From Amoeboaphelidium protococcarum X5 (taxonomy: Eukaryota > Fungi > Aphelidiomycota): a stretch of DNA of 64,000 nt. The notes below the pieces were generated by a model that saw nothing but the letters and a program-made list of their open reading frames with translations, did no database searches and was not told the DNA's origin. The stretch is taken from assembly GCA_023515725.1 (NCBI GenBank), contig JALDTO010000192.1, forward strand, positions 823,517 through 887,516, in the 5' to 3' direction. A program made the translations under genes and the position numbers. This document shows positions 1 to 13,667 of the stretch, one piece after another (the first letter of the stretch is position 1; every line of letters begins with the position of its first letter).

Positions 1-335
1 TGATCGACATGCTCCTGAGCGTCTTGGTAATTCTCTACCACTGTTTCATTTACGTTGATGGTACATACTCTGTTCTCATATTCATGATCAGACACGGCAT
101 CATGCCACTCAGTCTCTTAAGATTCCGTGTTTTCCAGTTTAAGGTATGGACTATTTTCTAATTCTTGTATTTTATCTAATGATTTTAATTGATTTTGAGC
201 AATTAAAATTTTGTCTACTAGACTAGCGTTAGAGCCAACAATCTTCACATTGAACTTTAGACAATATTTCTTGAGCTTATTCCGATCTAGCGTTTAAAGA
301 TACTCTCTACCTAATTCTGATTCCATTGCCGGCAT
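1..335 (-). CDS. 5' part of a hypothetical protein with a possible N-terminal SAP-like helix pair (runs off the window start)
   Basis: Table 6 ORF from ATG 335: MPAMESELGREYLQTLDRNKLKKYCLKFNVKIVGSNASLVDKIL..., open to position 1; divergent from the next gene. Confidence 0.55.
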
Positions 336-633
336 ATCAATCAGAAATAGTGACAATAATTAGAATACAAACACACAGTGCAGACTATATGATGGGCGTA
401 AGTGGAGTGGAACTGCCAGAAGAAGTTACACCACGAGAGATGAAGTCGGTCGGCTCTGGTTGAAACAAAGTCAAAGGCGACGAGAAGGACGCGTTACGGA
501 GCTGCAACGGTTGCGTGGAGGTTTTATTTACATTTCCGTTTCGCTAGACTTTAGTTAACATTCTCCTACTGTTTAAACCGAACATTTATTAGTGCTTCCA
601 ATTAAGGCGCAAGTTACCTGCAATAAGAACTGA

Positions 634-1605
<972 letters not shown>

Positions 1606-2258
1606 GTACTGCAGTTATCTAACTGCGTGTGACTACCACTTTCATGTACTTGTATTTGTGTGAAGAATTTGAAAGCAAAATTACCATTATTTTACTGCAG
1701 CGATCTGAAAGACGAGTGAAATTTACTTTCCCACTTGTCTGCTATATTCCGCTTTGCTTCGCGTTAATACAGCGAGTCGTTTAAGTCGAAACCTCTCACG
1801 CTTTGAAATAGAGAAGAACTAAATCTTATTCGATCAGTGAAAAATTTTCAAAATTGAAACAAATTGATCTTCTACGCCAAACGAGAGAGACCTTATGCTC
1901 GGGAAAAAAAGAATGACGCTCATGTCGCGTGATGTTACGACGGCCAGTTGGCATTCTCCATTGCGAGATCCTGGAATTCTTTCTTCAAAACCTGTCGCTT
2001 TGATTTCTCCTCGTCTTTTCGCCTCATCATTTCTTCCTTTCCTTTTTGTTTCTTTCTCACAATCAGCAGCACTCTCCTCAGTTGTCAGCTTTGAGTATAA
2101 GCAGTATATTTGATTAATCTGCTTTATAGTATTAGTTTGTGCTTTTTTTAGTTTGAAAGTCCTGGCCTTGGTTAAAAATCCGTTTAAATCTGTATTCATC
2201 TTGATTTGTAATTATCATCGTCATCATCTTGCGGTTAGATTAGTTTGTATTTTGAGAA

Positions 2259-4547
2259 ATGAGTAACGCCAGTAGTAGTGGAAGCATAGTAAGCAATAAG
2301 AACGGTAGTAATAATAATAATAATAATTCCAGTGGTGGACATTATAAAACTCACATCAGATCATCGTCTCATTCTGTGGAGTAGGTTGTTGGTTCTGGTC
2401 ATCATGGTAAAAGTCATCATCATCAAGTGTTTGACATTGATCATCTGCTCCATTCGACTCAGAAATCTATTGGTGGCAAGAAGAGTAATGCCTCAATATC
2501 TTCTGCCGCGTCTGTGAAGAGTAATAAAAGTAATCACTCCAGTAGTCATGAAAGTTATCATCATATTTCATCATCATTAGCAAAGAATCGTAAAGATATT
2601 CGATCTAGTTCTAGTCATCATCATATTAAATAAAAGAATGCAAAGGAGTTGAAATCTCATCTTGTTTAAGAAATGTCGTCTCTAGATTCTAGTAATTAAT
2701 ATGATTATGATAAAAATGATTCACATTAATCGCAACTCCATGGTATGGATTGGGATCATGATTAGTCGTAGGAAATTGGGAATGATATTGAATTGGATAA
2801 GGATCTAATGTTTAATGCCGATTATGAAGACAATTAGAATGGAGCATTTGATAATTAGGATCCTGATGAAGATGATTAACATTTTATGGACATTGGATCT
2901 GGTGGTGAGGAATCTGCACGACCATTACCTTCTAAAGGTTAGAAATTGACCAGCTTTGCTTCTTTGCCTGATGTTGCTATGAAAGCTTAGAGTTCGTCAA
3001 TTGGTATAAAAGGTGTTCAGTAGAAAGAGTTAAATACTGCTGCTTAATCTCCGCCATAGTAAGTCTCAGCGACAATGAGCATCCCGAGAACAATCACCAT
3101 TCATTAGACTCCGATTTAAGCTATATCACCCACCGGATCGTTCATTAATAGTAATAATATCAGTAGCAGCTCTCTTAGGAAGAGTAATCTGTAATAATAA
3201 GGTTAATCAGAACATCAGACTGTCTCTATACGCACCGCTGATGTTGCTCCGCACGCTCTACCTCTCCTGTTGAATCCGGCTAGTAGTAAGAGTTAGATGA
3301 GTCATTTGTTACCACTCAGGCACGCTAATACGATTGATTTCCCACCATCATTTGCTATGCCTCATTATTAGATGCCTCTGAATACTCATATGCCTCGCGA
3401 CTTGATTTTGAATGAAGTTAGTGATTTTGATGAGCACAAGGTTGTGAGTAAGAAGAACAAGATGTTCTCCCTGAAGTTGTTGAAGAGCCTGAGGAGGAAG
3501 ACTAGGAAGATCAAGTAAGAGTTCTCCTCCTCTTAGTAATAATAGCAAGAATAATAGTCTTTTGCACCATATGCTGTTCTCCCTAAATTGGACGAAGGTA
3601 AAGAGTTTCGGCTTCCTTCACAGTCACAGAAATTATAGACGACATCCGGACAACATCAGCAGTCTTTGCTTGCAGAGTATAGGAAGCCGATTTAGTAGCA
3701 TGGATTTTAGCATCTACCTCTGGAGAAGTACAAGACTATTGAGCCTAATCACAATGCTTCCCTCCACTATCGGATGAATAAGACCATTATGGAGTAGGAT
3801 CATCGCACTATCCACCATTTCAGCGGGGACACTAATATCAATTAATTACTCAGCGCATTCTCTCAGGATAATAGATTAAGCCGTGGCGATTCTTCTAATC
3901 AGAATATATACCATTATGCGTATCAGCACAGATCAGGTGAGGTGCGTATGCTGGCAGAAGGCGAGTAGCTTCAAGATGACGATGACATTGATGAAGATGG
4001 AGATTTCCAAGATGATGAGGAATTTGAATCCGAGATGGAGGCTAGTGTAAGGACGGCACCTGCCAAATTGGCATTGGCGTTAAGTGATTAGGTGTAAGTG
4101 TAAAGTGGTAAATCGTAACTGATGACTGGCTCACTTTATAGTGACAAGTCTCCTTAGCGGAGATCGCCTTATACCACTGGGAAGACTCTTCTCGGTCTCT
4201 GGCAGTCGGGCAATGAGTAACGCGCCGCTGCTTAAATTTAATCTACTGTTGGAAGTGGTAGTTCTGGTGTGGAGTAGATGAATCGTGATAGGAATACTGC
4301 CCCAGGTACATTGTCTACTCATGGATCATCTCCCGCCGCCAGCTAATAGTCTTAAGCAAACGCGAGTGATCAATGGTAATAGTAGTAATAGAAAAGATAA
4401 AAGAGTCCTCTTTCTGGAGCCAAAGCTTTGTTTACCAGTGGATCTTCTTAGAGTTCAAGTAATAATAATACTAGTAATAGTGATAGTGTCAAGGGAGCTT
4501 AGAACAATTGGGCGAGTCGAAGTATGCATAATTAAACTCGGCATTGA
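2259..4547 (+). CDS. Low-complexity S/N/Q/H/D-rich hypothetical protein, ~762 aa
   Basis: Frame from ATG 2259 to TGA 4545 showed no TGA in the stretches I translated; many TAA/TAG in Gln-rich tracts; no recognisable domain. Confidence 0.7.
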
Positions 4548-4815
4548 TTCGCGAAATATATCGTGGCCTGCTTGATACAGACTCTGCACTAGCATTGTTT
4601 TATTATTGTCAATAGCTGCTCTTAATGATACTCTTTGATTGATCGCGATTTAATATAAATGAACTAATAACTTTTTATTTGTTCTGACTCTGATTTTGTT
4701 TCGTTTTCTCTGTTTTGCCTTTGAACTTTAGTTCGCTCCCTCACTTACACTCTCTGTCTCTTGCTAATAATCAAGTACCAGCAGTCAGCAATTTCAATAT
4801 TTCTAAAGCGATTTG

Positions 4816-6579
4816 ATGGTTAGTAGTAAATAAGGTGAGGAAAAGTAATCCTCTTGTAGACAAACTCGGTAGCTATCTACATCAGAAGTTAACAGATAAA
4901 GTTCATCATCACCTTCACCGCCTCATACACCACCGTCCTCACCAGGAGCTTCCGGTAGAAGGCGCCGTCTGCTGTTTGGAAGTCTCTTAGTTGGTGGAGC
5001 CGCTGTTCTCCTAGCTGGATTTTATTCAACTACATCATCATCATCTAATCTATCGCTCTTTAAAATGAATTAGTCCGCTGGTTTACATGCAGTCTCTAAA
5101 GGTACTATGCAACAGTTATACGATAGAGTTCCCTAGCACCCGGCGAGACACTTCAAAGGCCTGATCAAGTCCGATGGCTCATCCGTGGTGCCTCTTACTG
5201 AACTGAAAACGATTGTCGACAAGGTGCTTAGAGAGAATAGTTATAAATTCATCGCTCCTCAATGGGATATCCATGTTAATTAGGTGGCCTCTAATTCTCA
5301 AATGGAAGATCGCCACTCGATTGATTTGATCCAAGGCACCTTGTACATGTCAGTTCATGATGGTCATTCTGGAAGTGCCTGTGCAGAGAGCCTTCGACAT
5401 AACTATCACAAGTATCTGCATCATTATGCTATGCAGAAGGTTAACAAAGCCACCGCTGATGGTAATATTTAAGACGTATCCACTGTGTCTGCGCTGTTGA
5501 AGAATGCATCCAATACACTTGATATGGAATTTTGTAAAAGTGCTCTGGATACCAAATACCCACTCTATGAAGATCTACTCGCAAGTTCCCTCAGCGGTGC
5601 TGTTAGTGCCTCGGCGATTGTTAATGGCGAATCGTTAGTGACTGCCTACACTGGAGATGTGCGTGTTGTGATGAATAAATAATCACCGGATGGCAAGTAT
5701 TAGTAGCTGACTGAAGATCATAATCCAGAGGGGAATCTGAATGAGAAGAAGCGTCTACTTAAAGAACATCCTAATGAGCCATACGTAATCTATCATGGTC
5801 GCATACTGGGCGGTCTAATGCCGAGTAGAGCTTTTGGTGATGGGAGATACAAGTGGACATTGCAGGAGATGGAGCGACTTAATCAGAGGATCCAAGATGA
5901 TTTGATCCCCAGCGATGGTTCTTCTTCATCTGGCAGTAGCATTGTTAAGAAGAAGTAGTATCTTAAGAATGGAATATCAGCGCCACCACAGTATCATAGT
6001 CCTCCGTATGTAACGGCTGAGCCTGAAGTGTCGTTGCATAAGATATAAGCTGTCTCCGGTAAGTAATCAACTCGCAACTTTGTTATTATTGCATCTGATG
6101 GTCTTTGGGATACAATGTCCAGTGAGGAAGCTGCCGGGTACGTTGAAGAGTATCTCTAGCTGTAAAAATAGTAGCTTTAATAATCTACAGATAACTAGTA
6201 GAATAATAATAATAATCTGGATATGAATGCTGCCGTATACTTGACCAGAAAGGCTGTAGAGTTCCTGCCCAACTAGACTGAACCTATGCGAGATGATAAT
6301 GGAAAGATTATGACTATGGAAGAGCTAAAATCTCGTGTCGCTATCCAGATTTTGAGTTTAGATCAGAAGGTGAGCAGAAGATATAGAGATGATATTACGG
6401 TTATTGTGGCATTCCAGAAGAACAAGACTGAAGACGTTGAAGGTGGCCGTAAATCTAGTGATGACCGAGATGAGACGGTCTATCAGCTTCAGTCTATTGA
6501 TAGTGACATTTAATTCAAATCTTGGACTGAGCAGATTATAGAAAAGTATAATCAGTCAAAGATGAAAGCCAAGTTATGA
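4816..6579 (+). CDS. PP2C-family pyruvate dehydrogenase phosphatase-like protein (Ptc5-like), 587 aa, ending in AKL
   Basis: NSQMEDR, VHDGHSG, TGDVRVV, LTEDHN, GRILGGLMPSRAFGD, PPYVTAEPEV, IIASDGLWD, YRDDITV; C-terminus KAKL-TGA. Confidence 0.9.
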
Positions 6580-6615
6580 ATACACTAGTGATCGATCGAT
6601 TATACAAACTTTTGT

Positions 6616-8169
6616 TCACTCCTCATTTAACATTCTACGTTCACTGCCACCACGACTCATGCCTTCATTGCGAGAACACTATCCATCTACATCAGCGGTA
6701 TCAGTAGTATAAATCACGGCGCAGAAAGCCTTCATGTCATTACAATTCTTATCCAGAACTTTGGCCAGAGTATTAGGAAATGGAGTCAGAATGTTATGAG
6801 TCAGTCGCGCAAATTTAGGCAAATGCAGAGCCAGAGGACTATATTACAACTCCACAATTGATGGCCCATCATCAGTATCATCCTCAACTTTGGTGATATG
6901 TTCTTTAGATGAAGTTTTCATAGCAGTCACTTAATCTTCAGGCAGATAGAGTTGCTATAAATGCTCTTAGGAAGCCTTCAAAGTGTCTTATAGGGCAATT
7001 TAAGCATCTTTGGATTACAGCAGATCCACCGTCTCCTAGCACAAATTAATCAACTACTGCGAGACTGCGACATTAACCGCAGATAACTCAATCTACTCAC
7101 CATATAAGCTCTTCTTTATCCATCGCTCTATGCCAACTCCATCATCACTATTCAAAGGATTCAGTGATGGAAATAATAAACTTTAAACCTGTGGAGTATC
7201 GCCATCCAACATGTGCGCGTCCACCTGCTCACATATCAAAATTACTTTCTAAATCAAGTCATCATGGGATAACTTTTACGAGAGCGCGACATCTGCAAAG
7301 ACATCCTTGGTACACTACAAAACCATATCCACAATTTGCTTCATTCCGACATTCATGAAATAATAGGACAGAGACAGATACTGCTTCTCAACTTCAGCTG
7401 AAAGTAACTTTGTTCTATGATGATGATCACCAGCTTATACATTCCCGTCAATGTCACCACTACGGACAGGATATACAACCTTATCCGCGTCAATAGCATC
7501 CAGGCTCTCTAAATAAGTATAGCGACCAACCATGTTCAATTACACTTGAAGTAGTAGATTAAATAGATTGTAAATGTAGAGTGCAGCGACAGTTCTTGCA
7601 ATACTAAACTGCTTCAACCGATCCCAATAAGCTGCCTTCACTCGCTTCAACCACTCTTCATCGCTCTCTGCTGGCTGACGTGATTATATCCCCACATGGT
7701 CATAATTGTCTTACTTGACACTCTGGGCAGACATATTTCTCAATTTCAAAGTAAGCGATTCGACATCCATCTCGGCCATGAGCTACTCAGTGATTGACGG
7801 CAGATAGGATAGCAGAGTTAAGATGACATCTTGCTAATTCTGAGTAAATCGCTTCTTTATACTACACCATAATCAAAGAAATTAACTCATTTAGATAGCG
7901 ATATTAAGTAAATAAACACTGATAATCTTACTTGTCTTTGAGGTATCTATCCAATTCCGACTTGAGCATCATTTCATCAATCTTGCTCTTTGCATACTGA
8001 CCTACACACACTTGAATAGAAGGAGTCCGCACGCGTACATTATAAGGCAGCTAAAGTAATGTTATACGACAGCATACATACCTGCGAAATATACACCAGC
8101 AGACACGGCAGCTGTCCAAAAGAGAGTTCCTCGCCGCTTCCTTATAAAACCAGATAACGCTGTAATCAT
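6616..8169 (-). CDS. PEX3: Peroxin-3; exons 8169-8082, 8001-7932, 7861-6616
   Basis: Basic N-terminus + TM (FIRKRRGTLFWTAAVSAGVYFAG), KKRFTQNQQD, WDRLKQFSIARTVAALY, QVQLNMVGR, FCAVIY; GT-AG introns 8081-8002 and 7931-7862. Confidence 0.88.
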
Positions 8170-8498
8170 TCTTATTATTATTAACGTACTGTAGTTGATC
8201 AGGACTGTAACGGAGGAGATTATCACGACACAAGAAAGGGGGAACGCGAAGACAAAAAGAGAAACGCGCGAACAGAAAAGCGAACAGAAAAGCGAGTGTA
8301 AATAGAAGATGAGAAATGGCTTCTTCTCCTGCTCCACAATGGCCGTTTCAACTAGCGTCAGAGCGATGCTAATGGTGAGTATTATTGTAGTGTGCATTTA
8401 TCATCATCATCAAACAATAGTTCAACGGCGGTAGTCAATAGTCCCTATTCAATCAAATCTCTATTCAATATAAACTAGTACAAATGCAATAATAATAA

Positions 8499-9042
8499 TC
8501 AAAAGCTTGTATTTTTACGAGCAAATCTCATCATGACTAAACTTGCGAATATGAATACGCTCTGCAAAAAGACTGCAACTCCAGGCCATATCATTGTCCT
8601 TTAATCAACTTCTGGTGGAGCAGAGGATGGAGGCTGAGGGGAATTTATGATATACTGCACAATCATTATGTACGTTGCCGCAAATATGGCACAGAAACTC
8701 ATAAGGAATCCTAGAAAGAGCCAAAATGAAGGCACTTTGGTATCTTCAGAGAATACATTTCCCGCCTGCATTTCTTCTATAGCATCAGCTGGCACAGCAT
8801 TGACTCTACACAATAAACAGATCAATTTTACTTTTTTATAAATCAAATTAAGACAAATATTACATTATAAATGCTATCAGATGGATAATAAATGGCACCC
8901 AAATGACTCCAGTTACTTTTCCCTAGTCAAACTGATAGTATTGACTAAGAACTGAGGCATCGATAAGGAGAAATAGTGCAGTGGCCATAAAAGCACCTGA
9001 AGTGTATGACACAATTTTATTTCTGGTTTACTATGAAACCAT
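8499..9042 (-). CDS. VPS68: Vps68/UPF0220 (TMEM50-like) membrane protein; intron 8863-8806
   Basis: SYTSGAFMATALFLLIDA, WVPFII, WLFLGFLMSF, WPGVAVFLQSVFIF; TGA at 8501-8499. Confidence 0.8.
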
Positions 9043-9299
9043 TTATACTGTAGTATGGTATTTGTGATGATTAATATCTCAATTTAGATTTCAAAATCGT
9101 TCTAGATTACCGTGTGTGGTGTGAAGGATTTATTTAAGAACTGTGCATTGCGTTGTCATGGTGACACCTAGTCGCACCCGATAGGCAATGAAGCTCATCA
9201 TAGTTGATTAAAGATGGAATAAAAGTCGTATAGTTATGGCTGAGATTAAATAGATAAATACCATAAAAGTAACAAATCAATCACTCCTAATTATTCCAA

Positions 9300-12200
9300 T
9301 CAAAAGGTGGATTCATAGTGAGGATACTTACCCGCTGTCCACTGTGTTTCATACTGCGCCCAGATAGGCCAATCCAACTTCTCCATCAACTTGACTTTGA
9401 CCAATTACAATTTCTTGTTCTCTGAATACTTTGCATAAGCATCTCCTTCGACACCCAGAGCATTCATACACAGGTCCACATTAGAATCCTTCAACTTGGA
9501 CGACGCGTAGTCACTAATCAACTTATTCACTAGTTTCAATGCAGAGCCGTATTAGTGAGTGACAATATTAAACACGACTTAAGCAATGACATGCTGAGAA
9601 TTAGAATCATCCAAATATGAATAGAACGACTCCCAGTCAGATTTCAAAGTTCCACTCGCAATAAAAGGTCCATTAGATTCGATGCTCTAAGATAGCGCCA
9701 CCATCAACAACCAGTATCTAGCAATGGTGATGCTCTTCTTTCTTGTATCCATCTCCTTCTTCAACTTCTTTGCCTCTTTACTATCTGCATTGCTCTTCTT
9801 TGTACCAAAATATTCAGTCACTTCCTTCTCCTTACTCAAAGTAATAATTAATTTGCCAAGAGATTGAATCTAAACAGCTTAACTGACCAGATTGGAAGAT
9901 AATTTACTCTTCTTGCATTCGTCGGCAATCAGAGACAATTGTCCTTATTTCAGATCAACATTGTCAGGGTAATCCTTCTCCAGTTGAGCAATTAATTACT
10001 TTTGCTGATCTGCACTTTTAATCTGCGGTAGATACTTGAGCTGCGCCTTCAAAAGATCATCCTTTAACTTATTCATCACATCAGCAGAATCCTTATCATC
10101 ATTACCATCCTCCGAACCTTTGCTCTTATCACCACCGCCACTGGTCTACGGAGGTCCAACAAACACAGTAGCGCTAAACTTCTCACCATCAATAGCGATA
10201 TCGTTAACTTTAAACTAACCCACCAGGCAATCTCCAACCTAGGTGCCCTTCACATTCTAGATAGGAGCTGTCACGAACAGAGCTCTCTACGAACCAGCCT
10301 TAACAACAGTGTTATTAAACTTCATTGGCTCCACTCTGCCATTGACAATATCCGGTCTAGTAGAATAAAACTTTAAAGCCTCAGACTTACTCAAGCTAAT
10401 CTAAGCAATAAGACTCAAATCCTTTAACTGGTCTAAAACAGCAGTGTCTGCATGTCTCAACTACAACTTGATCACATAATCTCCCTTTTGCAACTTTACA
10501 CTTTTAGGATAGACATCGTCAAAGTGCACCATTTAATTGTTTGAGTCCAACACCATGAGAAGAACGGAGTCAAATTCAGATTCATACAGCAGATTATCAG
10601 CCAGTGGCTTCAGGAACGACACAGATGTGGCCTCTGCAAGATTTAAACTGTATTGTAAGATCAGCTCATTCACACGGAATCCATTTGGCAAGACGTCTCT
10701 GCTCTTCAAAGGATTTATTATTGCCTTGGTCGGTCTCAGTGGTCTCTAGATGGATGACAGATCTGCTTGCAGCTTCAATTTCTCATTCTACGCAGATATG
10801 ACATTAACATTGAGCTTTTAAACGACATTAGCACCGGAAAAGACGAGATTCTAAGGTTCAACTTAGAGACTGTGCACTTTCACAGTCACTTTAAACTCAT
10901 TGGCAGATGCAACGGACCAGAACTGAGCAGTGCAAAGTTCCATCGTCAGACCACCATAAACTCTATACGATTTAACTTTCTTAGTGGTTTGCTGGTCGAA
11001 AGAAAAGTACCAATGCTGTTCAGTATTAGAATGTCTACTCTGAGGCACTAATTAAACCAGATGAACAACAAAACGACATGATTCTGACACCTTCACAGCG
11101 CTAATTTCAATGTCAGCAAACGTGGCTCCATTTGGTATTTGAATAAACTTTCTATCAACAGAGCCTGGATTATACAACTGCTAGTAGCTGTAGGATGCAT
11201 CAGTAATAGGTAGCAGTGTAGGTTTACACACAGAGACTGGAACTCTGAAAGTGGGGCCCTTCTCAATATTTCCACTCTCATAAGCACAAATCTCTCCATA
11301 ATAAAACTGACCATCCTTCAAATTTGTGGGATCAATAACGACTTAAAAATCTCTTCCGCCCGAGTTTAACAACAAATGATCAGGTACTTAGATCCAAGAA
11401 TATGGAGATACGAGCGTCAACTTTTGTTCAAGCTGCAGACGGTTACTATTCAACTCAACATCACCATCGCGAAATCTTGGCTGGACACTAACACTCGAAC
11501 TTTAAGGCGAATAAGTATCACACTATTCTCTCAAATAGATGCCTCTCTTCTAGCTTCCGTTAACTCTTACTTGGTATAAAACATCTTGATCGACGTCCTT
11601 CTAATACTTGACAAGGTAGCTATAAGCATCCTCTACCTGAATGAGACCGGCCTACATTTAATCGCCAATAGATTTACTAGTATTCTCCAAAGTCTTCTTG
11701 ATTCTATAGGGCGAATACTTGAAGCTATTTTGCTTAAGAGCGGATATGAGGAGAGAAACGGCACCACAGCAATTAGGTGAACTCATTGACGTTCCATTCA
11801 TCAGTTGTGAGTTCTTCAGCAAATACTAGGGGACACTTGTAATAGCACCACCCATAGAGTAGACAGAAACACCACGATCACCATCCACAGCTGGACCACG
11901 AGATGACCAAGTATACGGAACTTCAGATGAATTAGCAGAGAGACCATACTCTGCAGACATCATGTCATCACTAACGTACGCACCAACTCCAATGACTCCC
12001 TCAACAGTTCCACCAGGACAACCAACAGTACTCAGAGCAGGCCCAGCATTGCCAGCACTACTAATAAACGTAATCTAGGCCCTGTTGATCAATTCATCCT
12101 GCAGCAATCTAGACCAGAAACCGGAATTAGCCAACGTGGCATCTTCACCATACGACATATTGGCCACATCACATTTGTACTTCAACATACATTGAACAGC

Positions 12201-13213
12201 CCTAAATAAGCCTGTGCCAGTCTCCATAGTCTTCAATCTTGTATCTCCAATCTTGAGACTTATAAACTAACAACCAGGAGCGACGCCATTCAATTCAGGT
12301 GTGTCTGGAAAATAAGCTCCACAGATAGCAGCGACATGAGTTCCATGAGAGCCACCACAGCAAACTATGCTCACCATTTCGCCATCATCATAAAACTTAA
12401 CATTGAAGGCGAGAGCAGATTCAGCACTGAAATAGTCAAACTCCCGACCAACGGAAAAATCGGCAAGTCCTGAAGCAATACCGGTTAAATCTCCATCCTC
12501 GTTAAGATCGAGCACCGCACGCCAGTTGGTGCCATCATGGTATGTGACAATATCATACAGCGGTCCAAAGTCTTCATAGTTCTTCATCTGCTCTTTCAAG
12601 ACGTCCAACTTGGCCTCCAAATCAGCCTTGTGCTCAATCTCTTCCTCTGTCAATACTCCATTCAATTACTGCTCAAGAGTGTTCAACTCACTCAGAACAT
12701 GACCGATTAATTCTTGGTGCTTCAGTTCAAATTTGCGCTAATTCTCCTTGCTCAATCTGGCCACCAGCTCTTTTGGAAAGATATCATAACCTCTCTTGGT
12801 GCCAACTCTAAACTTGCCAGACGGATTCTACCATTTAGGATTCAATTTGAGCACCTTTTCGCCATCTCTGCACTTGAGCACTTATGACCCACTTTTTTAA
12901 TCAACTTCAGCTGACAATGGCTCACTAAGAGCAACATCTCCACTGCCAGTGCAATCTACGATATCAATAATCTTCGGTTTACCATCAGTGGTTAGTTACA
13001 GACCACTAGCAGCAGGATCAACTCCAGTATCCAGAATGGCAACTACAACTCCTCTGCCATCGTATGACGGATACTTTTTAAGGAAATTAACAGCTTAAAT
13101 TTCAGTCTACAAAACACTTAATATCGAATTCGTAAAATAGATATGAAATACTAGCAGATGATCAAGATTACCTTTGGCAACAACCCACTAGTTGGAAAAT
13201 CTTTCAACTTCAT
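9300..13213 (-). CDS. TPP2: Tripeptidyl-peptidase II (subtilisin S8), ~1282 aa; intron 13171-13107
   Basis: [62 protein letters not shown]; TGA at 9302-9300. Confidence 0.95.
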
Positions 13214-13667
13214 ATTATAGCTGGCTAATGTCTAAAACTATTCAAATCAATTAATCGAATTAAAAGTATACTTTTACACTCTCAACAATAGGGAATATAG
13301 TAGGTAAAGAATTCCAAGTACTTAATAGATCGTGATGGAATGACGTGACTTGAAGAGAAGAAAGACGTGGCGGAATTAGAGCGGCGAGGTGAAACGGGAG
13401 AATAGCGTTGAGCAAAAGGTGACGCTGCCTAAACATTTGAAACCAAGTGCCTCGGCTGTGAATGTTCTCATTCCGCATGTATGGTACGCCTACAGAACAA
13501 TTGAACGCTCACATAGAGGAGAGACTGGTATTGGAGGATCCCTTCTTAGAATCATGACGTTCTCAGCTATGAAACAGAGTCGAATTCTTTTCATCTTAAC
13601 TTGAAAAAGAGAACAGGCGATATATTGATCACTTAGAAATATAATCATCTTATAAGCACCTAATATC

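Noticed and set aside
1834-2199. Standard-code ORFs in the 1.6-2.26 kb intergenic region
   Set aside because: Pyrimidine-rich promoter/5' UTR-like sequence with no protein features
13389-13604. ORF upstream of MEF2 as its N-terminus
   Set aside because: Same frame but separated by two TGA stops; no clear intron found
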